A stretch of 64,000 bases of DNA from positions 1,248,001-1,312,000 of the forward strand of contig OY969695.1 of NCBI GenBank assembly GCA_963701965.1. The letters run 5' to 3'. A program made the position numbers and the translations under genes. How positions within the stretch are numbered: position 1 is the stretch's first letter; the number at the start of each line of letters is the position of its first letter. Source of the stretch: an uncultured Gemmatimonadales bacterium (GTDB lineage Bacteria; Gemmatimonadota; Gemmatimonadetes; Gemmatimonadales; Gemmatimonadaceae). Below are positions 28,511-37,774 of this stretch, in pieces. A model generated the notes under the pieces. It did no database searches, was not told where the DNA came from, and saw only the letters and a list, made by a program, of their open reading frames with translations.

Positions 28511-30760
28511 CGCGAAGGCCAGCACCGCGGAGCCCGCCGACACGGCCACGTACTGCGTGCCGTTGACGGCATAGGTCATTGGCGAGGCCTTCCACACGGC
28601 GTTGGTGTGGAAGTGCCACAGCGGCGCACCCGTCGCCGCATCGACGGCGGCGAGCGCTCCACTGTCATCGCCGTAAAAGACGAGCCCTCCGGCGGTGCCG
28701 AGGACGCCGCCCCACGACTCGCCGTCGCCCACCTGCGGGATCTCCCAGACGATCTTTCCCGTCTGGACATTGATGGCCCGCAGCACTTTCTGGCGGACCT
28801 CGCCCGGAACGTGATTGGCGCCACCGCCGTAGAACGACTGGCCGCGCTGCCACCACGCCGACGATTTCGTGAAGACGCTGCAGGCCTCCAGGGCCATCAC
28901 GTAATAGAGGCCGGTCGTCGAGTCGAACGCCGTCGACATCCAGTTCGTCGCCCCCTCCAGTGACGGGCAGGCCTTCGTGCCCGGGACCGTCGGATCCGTT
29001 CCCGGGAGCACGAGAGGCCGGCCATCCGGTCCAATGGCGCTGGCCCACGTGAGCTTGTGCACGAACGGACGGCTCAGGAGGACCTTGCCCGTGATGCGGT
29101 CCAACACGTAAAAGAACCCGTTACGATTCGCCTGCACGAGGAGCTTGCGCGGCTGCCCCTGAAACACCGTGTTGATGAGCGCGGGAGTCTGCGTAGCGTC
29201 CCAGTCGTGCAGGTTGTGCGGCGTGAACTGGTAGTACCACGCCAGCTTCCCGGTGTGCGGCTCGAGCGCCAGCACGGAGCTCGAATAAAGATTGTCGCCC
29301 TGGCGTTCGTCGCCGTTGTAGTCCGGGCACGGATTGCCCGTCGGCCAGTACACGAGATTCGTCGACGGGTCGTACGTACCGGTGAGCCAGGCCGCCCCGC
29401 ACCCATGCTCCAAGGCGCGGCCGCGCCACGTGCTGGCGAGCGGCTCGCCGGGTTTGGGGATCGTCCAGAAGCGCCACACGCGGCGGCCAGTGCGGGTGTC
29501 GTACGCCGAGATGAATCCCCGGTCGCCTTCATCGCCGCCGGACGTACCGGAGAGTACGAGACTGTCGATGACCAGCGGGGCGCCGGTGGCGCCGTAGTGC
29601 TGATGGTAGTCGGCCATGGCGACGTCCCACAGCGGCGCGCCGGTGGTACGCGAGAGTGCCACCAAGTGCGCATGGTCCGTCACCATGAACACGCGATCGC
29701 CGCGGACCGCCACGCCACGATTGATGGCGCCGGCGGCGTCGCCAATGACGCCCTTGGTCAACGGGCGGGCGTAGTGCCAGATCGCGCGGCCCGTCGCCGC
29801 ATCCAGCGCATAGGCCTCGTTCGCGGTGGTCACGAACATCATGCCGCCGACGACGATGGGCGTGCCTTCGAGATGGCGGGCCTTGGGAAACGGGAACATC
29901 CAGGCCGGGGCCAGCGTGTGGACGTTGCTCGTGTCGATGGCGCGGAGGGGACTATACCGGTTGCCGCTCGGGTTGCCGTTGTACGTTGGCCAGTCGCCAA
30001 TGGCTGGCGTCTCCGGGCGCTCGGGCGGATCGTGTTGGGGCGTCGCGTGCGCGGTGAGGCGGCTCAGATACGCGACGAGGTCCCGCACGGTGTCGCCTCC
30101 GGCGACGACGGGCGGCATGAGCGACACCGAGTCGTGCGATTCGTGCGCGATCTCCGCCCGCGACAAGAAATGCAGCGTGCCGGTCAGGTCCAACAACTGG
30201 AGATCAAAATTGCTCTCGTTCTTGGCGACGCCGCGCACGGCGCGGCCGTCGCGGAGTTGCACCGTGACGGGCGCGTAGCCGGTGCGTGGGACGGGATGGC
30301 GTAGGGCCTCGGCGATCCGTTCCACCCGGCGTTGGTGACCGAGGTTCGAGAGATCGGGGCCCAGCACGCCGCCTTGGCCATCGACCATGTGGCACGTCGT
30401 GCAGCGGCCGGCGCCGAAGAAGTACTGTTGGCCGGCCGACACATCGCCGGCCGGCGGATGGGCGGCGGCGGTGGCGCGTAGCGACGTGAGATACGCGACC
30501 AAGGCGTCCAGATCCGGCTTGGGCAACGTGAACGACGGCATCCCGGCGTCGGTGATCCCGTGTGTGATGATCTGGGCCAGCGGCGCCGAGAAGAGCGTGT
30601 CGTCCCCGGCGTCCACGAGGTTGGGGCCAATCTCGCCTCCCGTGGCGTCGAGGCCGTGGCAGCCGGCGCAGCGCGCGGCGAACTGGGTCTTGCCGGCCTC
30701 GATCTGCTGGGCCTGCGCCGTCGCGGCGCACGCCAGCAGCACCGCGACCCAACCTTTCAT
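28496..30760 (-). CDS. PQQ-type beta-propeller dehydrogenase with two N-terminal c-type cytochrome domains
   Basis: Signal peptide; CAGCH and CTTCH; DWPTYNG...RYSPL..I, GDNLYSSS, HDWDATQ, ANRNGFFYVLDR.TG, SPMTY...G.QYVAV. Confidence 0.9.
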   Translation of the reverse strand: MKGWVAVLLACAATAQAQQIEAGKTQFAARCAGCHGLDATGGEIGPNLVDAGDDTLFSAPLAQIITHGITDAGMPSFTLPKPDLDALVAYLTSLRATAAAHPPAGDVSAGQQYFFGAGRCTTCHMVDGQGGVLGPDLSNLGHQRRVERIAEALRHPVPRTGYAPVTVQLRDGRAVRGVAKNESNFDLQLLDLTGTLHFLSRAEIAHESHDSVSLMPPVVAGGDTVRDLVAYLSRLTAHATPQHDPPERPETPAIGDWPTYNGNPSGNRYSPLRAIDTSNVHTLAPAWMFPFPKARHLEGTPIVVGGMMFVTTANEAYALDAATGRAIWHYARPLTKGVIGDAAGAINRGVAVRGDRVFMVTDHAHLVALSRTTGAPLWDVAMADYHQHYGATGAPLVIDSLVLSGTSGGDEGDRGFISAYDTRTGRRVWRFWTIPKPGEPLASTWRGRALEHGCGAAWLTGTYDPSTNLVYWPTGNPCPDYNGDERQGDNLYSSSVLALEPHTGKLAWYYQFTPHNLHDWDATQTPALINTVFQGQPRKLLVQANRNGFFYVLDRITGKVLLSRPFVHKLTWASAIGPDGRPLVLPGTDPTVPGTKACPSLEGATNWMSTAFDSTTGLYYVMALEACSVFTKSSAWWQRGQSFYGGGANHVPGEVRQKVLRAINVQTGKIVWEIPQVGDGESWGGVLGTAGGLVFYGDDSGALAAVDAATGAPLWHFHTNAVWKASPMTYAVNGTQYVAVSAGSAVLAFALHAK

Positions 30761-33594
30761 CGCGTGAAGACCAGCGTGCCGAAATGCTCGGGAACATGAT
30801 TCGGATCGCGGTCCGGCCCCGCGCACGTCGGCTGCCAGCACATGAACCGGCGCTGCGGATCGGCCCCCACCCCCTCGATCCGATAGAGATTCATCCGCCA
30901 GCGCGTGCCGGCGGCCACGTGGCCGCCGTCGATGGCGCGGAGCGGAATGCGCGCGGCCGCGTACCACACGTGCGCTTGGCGATCAATGCGGGCCATCGTG
31001 TGCCATCCCGACCGCCACGCCGGCGTCTTGCCGGACGTGTCTGGGTGATCGAGGTCGATCGCCAGGTCGATCCAGTCGGCCGTGGGCGCGATCTCGAACT
31101 CCCGATAATGGCGGATGTTCTTCCAGTCGGAGCCCAAGAAGAGCTCGACGACGTCCCGGTCCCAGAGCTTCATCCGCGGCTGGCCGTTGTCGGCTGGGAG
31201 CCAGAGATTGAGCGCATCATAGGGCGCGTCGAACAGCACGTAGAGATCCGTGTCGCTCCAGAAGGCCCGCACGTCCGTGGCCAACCGCGGATAGTCGACG
31301 GCGTGTGAGCAATCGCGCACGATTGTGGTCCGGCCGGCGGCCGACCACGTGGGCGACGCAGGATCGAGCGACAACGCCCCCGGGTGCGACACATGCGGAA
31401 TCGAGAGCGTGGCGGTGGGACCGGCGACCGCGCAGGCGGGATAGGGATTGATGCCGTGCGTGGCCGTGCGGAGCTTGTAGACCGACGTCGTCGCCGTGAT
31501 ATAGAGCGTGCCGTAGTCGGCATCGCCCCACGTCAGGTTCGCCGGCTGCTCGGGCATGGCGATCGTGCCCAGGTGATGCCCCTCGGGATCCCAGACCCAG
31601 ATGCCGAGTGGGCCGGTGACGAAGATGTTGCCGTGCACGTCGACGCGCATGCCGTCCGGTACGCCGTTCGCCTTGGGACCGGGCTCCGTAACGAAGATGC
31701 GCCCATTGGCGATGGCGCCGTTCGCGAAATCGTAGACGCGGATGTTCTGCTGATCGCTGTCGTCAATGTAGAGCTTCGTGCCATCGGGCGAGAACGCGAG
31801 GCCGTTGGGTTGCGTCAGCTCCTTCGTCAAGAGGGTCACGTGCCCCGCGTGATCCAGGCGATAGACCCCTTGAAACGGGATCTCTTGCGCCTGGCCTTTC
31901 GGCAAATCCAGCGTGGGGTCCGTGAAGTACAAGGCGCTGTCCGGCCCGATCACAATGTCGTTCGGGCTGTTGAACCGCTTGCCCTCGTACCGGTCGGCGA
32001 GCGTCGTGTACTGGCCGTCGGGCGTGATGGCGATGACCGCGCGGAGCGCACTGGCGCCGTCGATCAGGCGGCGTTGGCCATCGAGGATGTTGCCGTCCGG
32101 GTCGCCCAGGTGAATCATCGGCACCTTGCGACCGTCCATGTAGACGCGGAAGATCGAGTCCTGCGTCTCGTCGCTGACGTACAGGAAGTTCGCGGGATCC
32201 CAGGCGGGACCCTCGGTGAAACCAAAGCCCGTCGCGATGCGCGCGAGTGGGGTGCCGGCCGGCACCAGTTGTCCGAACGCCGGCGCATCGACCTCGAGGT
32301 GAAAATCCCGGGACTGGCGGCTGGTGCAACCCGCCGCCGCCAACACCAGCGCCAATGCCGCGACGATCATCCGATCCGGGCGAATGGCGATCCACGCCAG
32401 AGCGCCAATGACGCACAGCGCCGCGGCCACGAGAAACGGCGTCGTCCATCCGTATTTGTCGGCCAGGTACGGCGTGAGCGACACCGTCACCATGCCGCCC
32501 ACCTGGGCCCCCATGTTCACGACGGCGGACACCGCGCCCGTGGAGGGACCGGAGATATCGGCGCTGACCGACCAGAACGAGCTTTGGGCCAGGTACAGTG
32601 TCCCCGCACCGCCGGCCAGCACCAGGCTCGCGAGTTGGGGGCTATCGACGAACATCCCGGCCGCCAGGCAGACGGCGGCCAGGCTGATGCCGACCATCGC
32701 GACGCCGGCCCGGCCAACGCGCCGGCCGTAGCGCTTCGCCAGACGATCGCTCAGGAAGCCGCCCAGCAAGGAGCCCACGGCCATGCCAATGAAGGGCAGC
32801 ATGCCGTACAGAGCGCTCGATTTGAGATCCATTCCGCGAACGGTGCGTAGGTAGATGAAAAACCAGGAGAAGAAGATCCAGGCCGCGTAGCCGTAGCAGA
32901 AGTAGCTGATCGTGAGGAGAATGATGTTGCGATCGGAAACAATCGTACCCCACCGGAGCGGCGGCCCCTGCGGCGCCTGCCGCAGGGTGATGCCGTCATC
33001 GGGCGTGTCGCGCGCGAGTGCATACCAGATGACGCCCGCGATGACGCCAATGGCGGCGCAGACGAAAAACGACACGCGCCAGCCGTGGTAGAACATGACG
33101 TAGGCGACCAATGGCGGGGCGATACCCGCACCGAGGCCGACGCCCGTGAAGATCACACCGTTCGCCAGACCGCGCTGGGGCACCGGAATCCACGCAGCGA
33201 CAATGCGATTGGCGGCCGGGTACATGATGGCCTCTCCGGCGCCCAACGCGCAGCGGACGAGGATGAGCACCGTCAACGCCGAGGCGATGGGAGGCACCGC
33301 CGCGGTGAGAGCGCTGAAGACCGCCCACCAGATGACGGCCAGGGTGAGCGCCGAGCGGGCCCCGAGGCGGTCGGCGATGCGGCCGGCGGGTGCTTGGCAG
33401 ATCGTGTATCCCGCCAGGAACGCACTCTGCACCCAGCCCAGCCTGATGGTGCTCATCCCGTAAGTCTGCATCATCGCCTGGCCGGCGATCCCCAGGTTCG
33501 CACGGTCCAAGTAGGCGATCGCGCTGAGTACGAGCAGCCACGCGATCAGAACCCAGCGAAAACGTCCGGTGCGAGTCACGCGGTGGCCACTCAT
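30757..33594 (-). CDS. Fusion: ACS-family MFS transporter + SMP-30/gluconolactonase + CBM9-like domain
   Basis: AYLDRANL, G.IADRLG.R, GAGEA..YPA; then GFGFTEGPAW, FNSPND..., PNGLAFSPDG, PDGMRVD..GN; then LWDRDVVELF, EFEIAP, WRMNLYR, HVPEHFG.L.F. One continuous frame. Confidence 0.85.
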   Translation of the reverse strand: MSGHRVTRTGRFRWVLIAWLLVLSAIAYLDRANLGIAGQAMMQTYGMSTIRLGWVQSAFLAGYTICQAPAGRIADRLGARSALTLAVIWWAVFSALTAAVPPIASALTVLILVRCALGAGEAIMYPAANRIVAAWIPVPQRGLANGVIFTGVGLGAGIAPPLVAYVMFYHGWRVSFFVCAAIGVIAGVIWYALARDTPDDGITLRQAPQGPPLRWGTIVSDRNIILLTISYFCYGYAAWIFFSWFFIYLRTVRGMDLKSSALYGMLPFIGMAVGSLLGGFLSDRLAKRYGRRVGRAGVAMVGISLAAVCLAAGMFVDSPQLASLVLAGGAGTLYLAQSSFWSVSADISGPSTGAVSAVVNMGAQVGGMVTVSLTPYLADKYGWTTPFLVAAALCVIGALAWIAIRPDRMIVAALALVLAAAGCTSRQSRDFHLEVDAPAFGQLVPAGTPLARIATGFGFTEGPAWDPANFLYVSDETQDSIFRVYMDGRKVPMIHLGDPDGNILDGQRRLIDGASALRAVIAITPDGQYTTLADRYEGKRFNSPNDIVIGPDSALYFTDPTLDLPKGQAQEIPFQGVYRLDHAGHVTLLTKELTQPNGLAFSPDGTKLYIDDSDQQNIRVYDFANGAIANGRIFVTEPGPKANGVPDGMRVDVHGNIFVTGPLGIWVWDPEGHHLGTIAMPEQPANLTWGDADYGTLYITATTSVYKLRTATHGINPYPACAVAGPTATLSIPHVSHPGALSLDPASPTWSAAGRTTIVRDCSHAVDYPRLATDVRAFWSDTDLYVLFDAPYDALNLWLPADNGQPRMKLWDRDVVELFLGSDWKNIRHYREFEIAPTADWIDLAIDLDHPDTSGKTPAWRSGWHTMARIDRQAHVWYAAARIPLRAIDGGHVAAGTRWRMNLYRIEGVGADPQRRFMCWQPTCAGPDRDPNHVPEHFGTLVFTR

Positions 33595-33683
33595 TGCGGC
33601 CATAATAACGCCATCTTGTCGCACGCGCCGTTTGACGGCAGGTTGTCTTGATTCGTGTGACATCTCGCTGACCGGAGGAACAT

Positions 33684-34115
33684 TTGCGTTCGATGCTCGT
33701 TCTGCTCGCGCTCTGCGCGGCACCCTCGCTCCAGGCCCAGGAGCGCCAGGTCTACAATCCCCCTGGCCTTCCCGCCAACCTCCCGTTCAGCAATGGCATC
33801 CGCGTGGGCGACATGCTCTGGATCGCCGGGACCGAGGGGACGGTGACCGGGGACATTGAGTCGGAGACTCGCACCGCGCTCGAGAACATCAAGAAGACGC
33901 TCGACGCGGCGGGGTTCAAGCCGAGTGAGGTGGTACAGGTGACGGTGTATCTCAAGGATATCGAGGATTTCCCGAAGATGAACGCGGTGTATCGCGAGTT
34001 CTTCCCCGATCCCAAACCCACGCGCACGACGGTGCAGATCGCGCGCCTGGTCAACGACGCGCGCATCGAGATCACGTCGGTCGCCGTGCGGGACCACGGC
34101 AAGAAGTCGCCGTGA
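33684..34115 (+). CDS. RidA/YjgF-family protein with N-terminal signal peptide
   Basis: GGAGG RBS; PFS.GI.VGD.L.I.G, V.VYL.DI.DF..MN.VY..FF....P.RTTVQ...L....IEI; MRSMLVLLALCAAPSLQA signal. Confidence 0.88.
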   Translation: MRSMLVLLALCAAPSLQAQERQVYNPPGLPANLPFSNGIRVGDMLWIAGTEGTVTGDIESETRTALENIKKTLDAAGFKPSEVVQVTVYLKDIEDFPKMNAVYREFFPDPKPTRTTVQIARLVNDARIEITSVAVRDHGKKSP

Positions 34116-35353
34116 CGACGCGCCGGGGGTTCGTCGAGCAGACGTTGGCGGCCGGAGCCGCCCTGACACTCCGGTTACCGGAGAGTCAGGCCGTCCCCAA
34201 ACCGGTCGACTACTACGACAAGTTGGGCGTCGCGAAGATCATCAATGCCGCCGGGACGTACACCTACCTGACGGCGTCGATCATGCCGCCGGAAGTCCAG
34301 GCGGCCATTCAGGTCGCCGGGCAACACAACGTCCGGCTGCGCGACCTGCAGGCCGCGGCGGGGACATATCTGGCCAAGCGTCTCAAATGCGAGGCGGCGC
34401 TCGTGTCCTCCGGTGCCGCGGCGGCGCTGTCGCTGGGCACCGCGGGCTGCATGACCCTGGGCAACCCGGATGGCGCCAAGGACGTACCGGCCCGCGCCGG
34501 AGCGTTCAAGCACGAGGTCATCATTCAGAAGGCGCACCGGTTTGTACACGAGCACGCGTTGGAGATGTGTGGCGCGACGCTGGTGGATGTCGAAACGCTC
34601 GCCGACTACGAGCAAGCGTTCAACCCGCGCACGGCGTTGGCGTTTTTCTTCAATGCCGCCGAGGGCGGGCAGATCACGCGCGAAGACTGGGTGCGCGTGG
34701 CGCGCGCGCACGGGGTGCCGACCTTGATCGATGCCGCAGCCGACGTGCCGCCCATCGCGAATCTCTGGAATTTCGCGGCGATGGGGTTCGACCTGGCCGC
34801 ATTCTCCGGCGGCAAAGGCATGCGGGGCCCGCAGAACGCGGGGCTGTTGTTGGGTCGCGCCGATCTCATCGCGGCCGCGGCCGCCAACAACAATCCCAAC
34901 GATCGTTCCGTCGGCCGCGGGATGAAGGTCGCCAAGGAACAGATCATTGGGATGGTAGCGGCGATCGACTGGCTGCTCGCTCGCACCGACGACCAGATCG
35001 AAGCCGAGGCGCGGCAGCGCGCCGAGCGGATCGCCGCGGCGCTGCATGGTTTGCCGACGCTCACCACCGAGATCTTCGTCCCGCCGATCGCCAACCACGT
35101 GCCGCATCTCATGATCCGGTACAACCAGCAACGCATCGGCATCGCCCCCATCAATGTGGCGCAGGCGCTCAGCAAGGGGCAGCCGGCGATCGAGCTGAAC
35201 CCGGGCACGGGGCACGCGTCGGGGGCCGCCGGACTGCACTCCGACGAACACACGATCGTGGTCGGCCCTTGGATGATGCAGCCGGGCGACGACGTTGTTG
35301 TCGGACGACGGTTGCGCGACGTGCTCCACGCTGCCGTGCGCCCGGAGGCATAG
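34112..35353 (+). CDS. SelA-like/DgaE-family PLP-dependent enzyme with twin-arginine signal
   Basis: TRRGFVEQTLAAGAAL; IINAAGTYTYL.AS, IDAAAD, FSGGKGMRGPQ.AGLL.G, GRGMKV.KE.I.G. Confidence 0.85.
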   Translation: MTTRRGFVEQTLAAGAALTLRLPESQAVPKPVDYYDKLGVAKIINAAGTYTYLTASIMPPEVQAAIQVAGQHNVRLRDLQAAAGTYLAKRLKCEAALVSSGAAAALSLGTAGCMTLGNPDGAKDVPARAGAFKHEVIIQKAHRFVHEHALEMCGATLVDVETLADYEQAFNPRTALAFFFNAAEGGQITREDWVRVARAHGVPTLIDAAADVPPIANLWNFAAMGFDLAAFSGGKGMRGPQNAGLLLGRADLIAAAAANNNPNDRSVGRGMKVAKEQIIGMVAAIDWLLARTDDQIEAEARQRAERIAAALHGLPTLTTEIFVPPIANHVPHLMIRYNQQRIGIAPINVAQALSKGQPAIELNPGTGHASGAAGLHSDEHTIVVGPWMMQPGDDVVVGRRLRDVLHAAVRPEA

Positions 35354-35385
35354 CGGGAACAGAACATGCGTTAAATAGCTGGCCT

Positions 35386-36330
35386 ATGCGTGCGGCCGCG
35401 ATCGCGAAGTTTGGTCCTCCGTCCGTCCTGCGGACCATCGACGTGCCCGCACCGTCGATTGGTCCGCGCGACGTCTTGATCGCGGTCCACGCCGCCGGCG
35501 TCGGTGGTTGGGATGCGAGCACCCGCTCCGGGGAGTGGGCCGAGAGGCGCCAGCGTTTTCCGCTCGTGCTCGGCTCCGATGGCGCTGGCGTCGTCGCGGC
35601 GGTCGGAGCGCGCGTGCGCCGGTTCAGGGTCGGCCAACGCGTATTCGCGTTTGCCTATCAAAATCCAAAAGGCGGCTTCTACGCGGAATACGCGGCGGTG
35701 CCCGCGGATCTGGTCGCACCGATCCCCCGGCGCCTCGATATGCGCCAGGCCGGCGCTGCCGCGGCAACGGGCATCACGGCGCTGCAAGGGATCGACGATG
35801 TTCTCCGCATCCGCCGCGGTGAGCGGGTGCTGATCTTCGGCGGCACGGGAGCGGTCGGTACGCTGGCGATCCAGTTCGCGAAGCGCCGGGGCGCCCACGT
35901 CATGTCGACGGCGACGGGCCGCGCCGCGCAGCAGCTGGTGCGGCGCCTCGGGGCCGAGGCGGTCTTGGATGCCCGTAGTGCGCGGGCTCTGGCGCAGTTG
36001 GACGCCTGGGCGCCGGACGGCGTCGACGCGGTGCTCGCGCTGGCCGGCGGGCAGGTCCTCGACGCGTATCTCGATCGCGTGCGTCCGGGTGGACGCGTGG
36101 CGTACCCGAACGGCGTCGCGCCGGCGCCCCCACGTCGACGCGGATACCGGCTACGAGCGTACGACGGGGTCGCCAGCCGGCCTGCCTTTGCGCGCCTGCT
36201 ACGCGCGATCGACGAAGCGAAGCTGCGGGTGCCGATCGCGGCCACGTACCCGCTCGCCCAAGCGGCCAAAGCCCATCAGCGCGTCGAAAAGGGCCATGTG
36301 CTTGGCCGCATCGTGCTGCGGGTCGGTTAG
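35386..36330 (+). CDS. NADP-dependent MDR-family (quinone-reductase-like) oxidoreductase
   Basis: MRAAAI..FG.P.VL, LG.DGAGVV..VG, GFYAEY, GG.GAVG..AIQFAK, G...G.IVL. Confidence 0.9.
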   Translation: MRAAAIAKFGPPSVLRTIDVPAPSIGPRDVLIAVHAAGVGGWDASTRSGEWAERRQRFPLVLGSDGAGVVAAVGARVRRFRVGQRVFAFAYQNPKGGFYAEYAAVPADLVAPIPRRLDMRQAGAAAATGITALQGIDDVLRIRRGERVLIFGGTGAVGTLAIQFAKRRGAHVMSTATGRAAQQLVRRLGAEAVLDARSARALAQLDAWAPDGVDAVLALAGGQVLDAYLDRVRPGGRVAYPNGVAPAPPRRRGYRLRAYDGVASRPAFARLLRAIDEAKLRVPIAATYPLAQAAKAHQRVEKGHVLGRIVLRVG

Positions 36331-37040
36331 TCGAGCAATCCGGCCTCGACGGCGAAGCGCACGTACGCCGTGCGATGGTCGAGTCCGATTTTCTCCCGAA
36401 TGCGACGCTTATAGGCGTCGATAGTCTTGGTGCTGATCGCCAGCCGGCGGGCCATCTCCACGCCGCTGTACCCCTGCGCGATCAGTCGCACGACCATTTG
36501 CTCGCGGTGGCTGAGGCGGTGAAATCGACTGTGGGCCGAGTCGGCCACCCGCTGGGGCACGACGGCGGTCGCGAGCAACCGCGCCGTGGTCGGACGCACG
36601 TACACGTCGCCGGCAGCGACCACCCGTATCGCTTCGATCAGGTCGCGGGACGCCGACTCCTTTGTGAGATATCCCCGCGCGCCAGCCTCGAGCAACGCGA
36701 CGAGACGCTCGTGCTCGGCGTGTACGGTCAGGATGAGCGCCGGCACCGGCGATGAGATCCGCGCCAGATCCCGTACCACGGCCAACCCATCGGCGCCGGG
36801 CATATCGAGATCGAGAATGACGAGGCTGGGCCGAAGCCGCCGCACGAGCTCGACGGTCGCGGCGCCCTCGCCGGCCTCTCCGATCACAACGATATCCGGC
36901 GCAGCGCGCAGCACCAGGCGCAGACCCTCGCGCACCATTGCATGGTCGTCGGCGAGGATGACGCGAATCGTTTCCCCGCGTATCGCCACACCGCGCCGGA
37001 CATATGCGCGGTCTCCGATAAGCGCGTCCGGCAGGGTCAT
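36327..37040 (-). CDS. NarL/LuxR-family response regulator
   Basis: ILADDHAMVREGL, ILDLDMPG.DG, GARGYLTK, LS.RE..V..L.A.G......A..L.IS.KT. Confidence 0.92.
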   Translation of the reverse strand: MTLPDALIGDRAYVRRGVAIRGETIRVILADDHAMVREGLRLVLRAAPDIVVIGEAGEGAATVELVRRLRPSLVILDLDMPGADGLAVVRDLARISSPVPALILTVHAEHERLVALLEAGARGYLTKESASRDLIEAIRVVAAGDVYVRPTTARLLATAVVPQRVADSAHSRFHRLSHREQMVVRLIAQGYSGVEMARRLAISTKTIDAYKRRIREKIGLDHRTAYVRFAVEAGLLD

Positions 37041-37669
37041 GGCGCGGCCGGGATCGTGAACCCACATGAAGTCCCTCTCCCCGCCCCGGTCTTGACGCCC
37101 ATCACGCCCCCATGCGCCTCGATCAACTCGCGCGCGATCCCGAGGCCCAATCCCTGACCGGGATGCCGCGCCATGCCGGGACCGGTATCGCGCACGGTGA
37201 ACCGGACACCCGCCGTACCACGTCGCGCCGACACCCTCACGCGCCCGCCCCGTGGTGTGAACTTGAGCGCATTCCCGACCAGGTTGGCGAGCACCTGGAC
37301 GAGCCGGTCCGGATCGGCGAATACGCAACCCAGGTCGTCGTCGCCTTCGACGACCAAGTCGAGCGCGCGCGCCCGGGCCGCCGGCGCGAACATCACGCGC
37401 ACCGCGACGAGGATGTCCGACACCGCCACCGGCCGCCGTAGGAGACACGTTGGGCCCGTCTCGTGAATCGCCTGGTCGCGCAGATCCACCGTGAGGTGCC
37501 GCATCCACACCGCGGAGCGCCGGATCATCTCGGCCACCCGGCGTGTCTCGACGAGCGATGGCGGATCGTCGGGGTCGAGCAGCGCTCCCGCGCACATCTC
37601 AATGGCCGAGAGCGCGTTGCCAAGATCATGCGAGACGACCTGTACCGCGCGACCCAACGCCATCGACAT
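37037..37669 (-). CDS. Minimal histidine kinase (HisKA + HATPase only)
   Basis: VVSHDLGNALSAI, D.DRL.QVL.NLVGNALKFT, DTGPGM, GLGLGI...LIEAHGG; no sensor or TM part. Confidence 0.8.
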   Translation of the reverse strand: MSMALGRAVQVVSHDLGNALSAIEMCAGALLDPDDPPSLVETRRVAEMIRRSAVWMRHLTVDLRDQAIHETGPTCLLRRPVAVSDILVAVRVMFAPAARARALDLVVEGDDDLGCVFADPDRLVQVLANLVGNALKFTPRGGRVRVSARRGTAGVRFTVRDTGPGMARHPGQGLGLGIARELIEAHGGVMGVKTGAGRGTSCGFTIPAAP

Positions 37670-37774
37670 CGGGGCCCCGGAGTTGTATTCCCAGCAACTC
37701 TCGCGCCGATTTGTCTGACGCCCACTTCGCGATGATCTGGTACCTTCGCGCAAGGCGTTCCGCATTCTTTCGGT

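Noticed and set aside
34112..35353. Selenocysteine synthase selA
   Set aside because: It has a SelA-like fold but carries a Tat signal, lacks the SelA N-terminal tRNA-binding region, and has no selB/selC/selD nearby. It fits the DgaE-like branch better.
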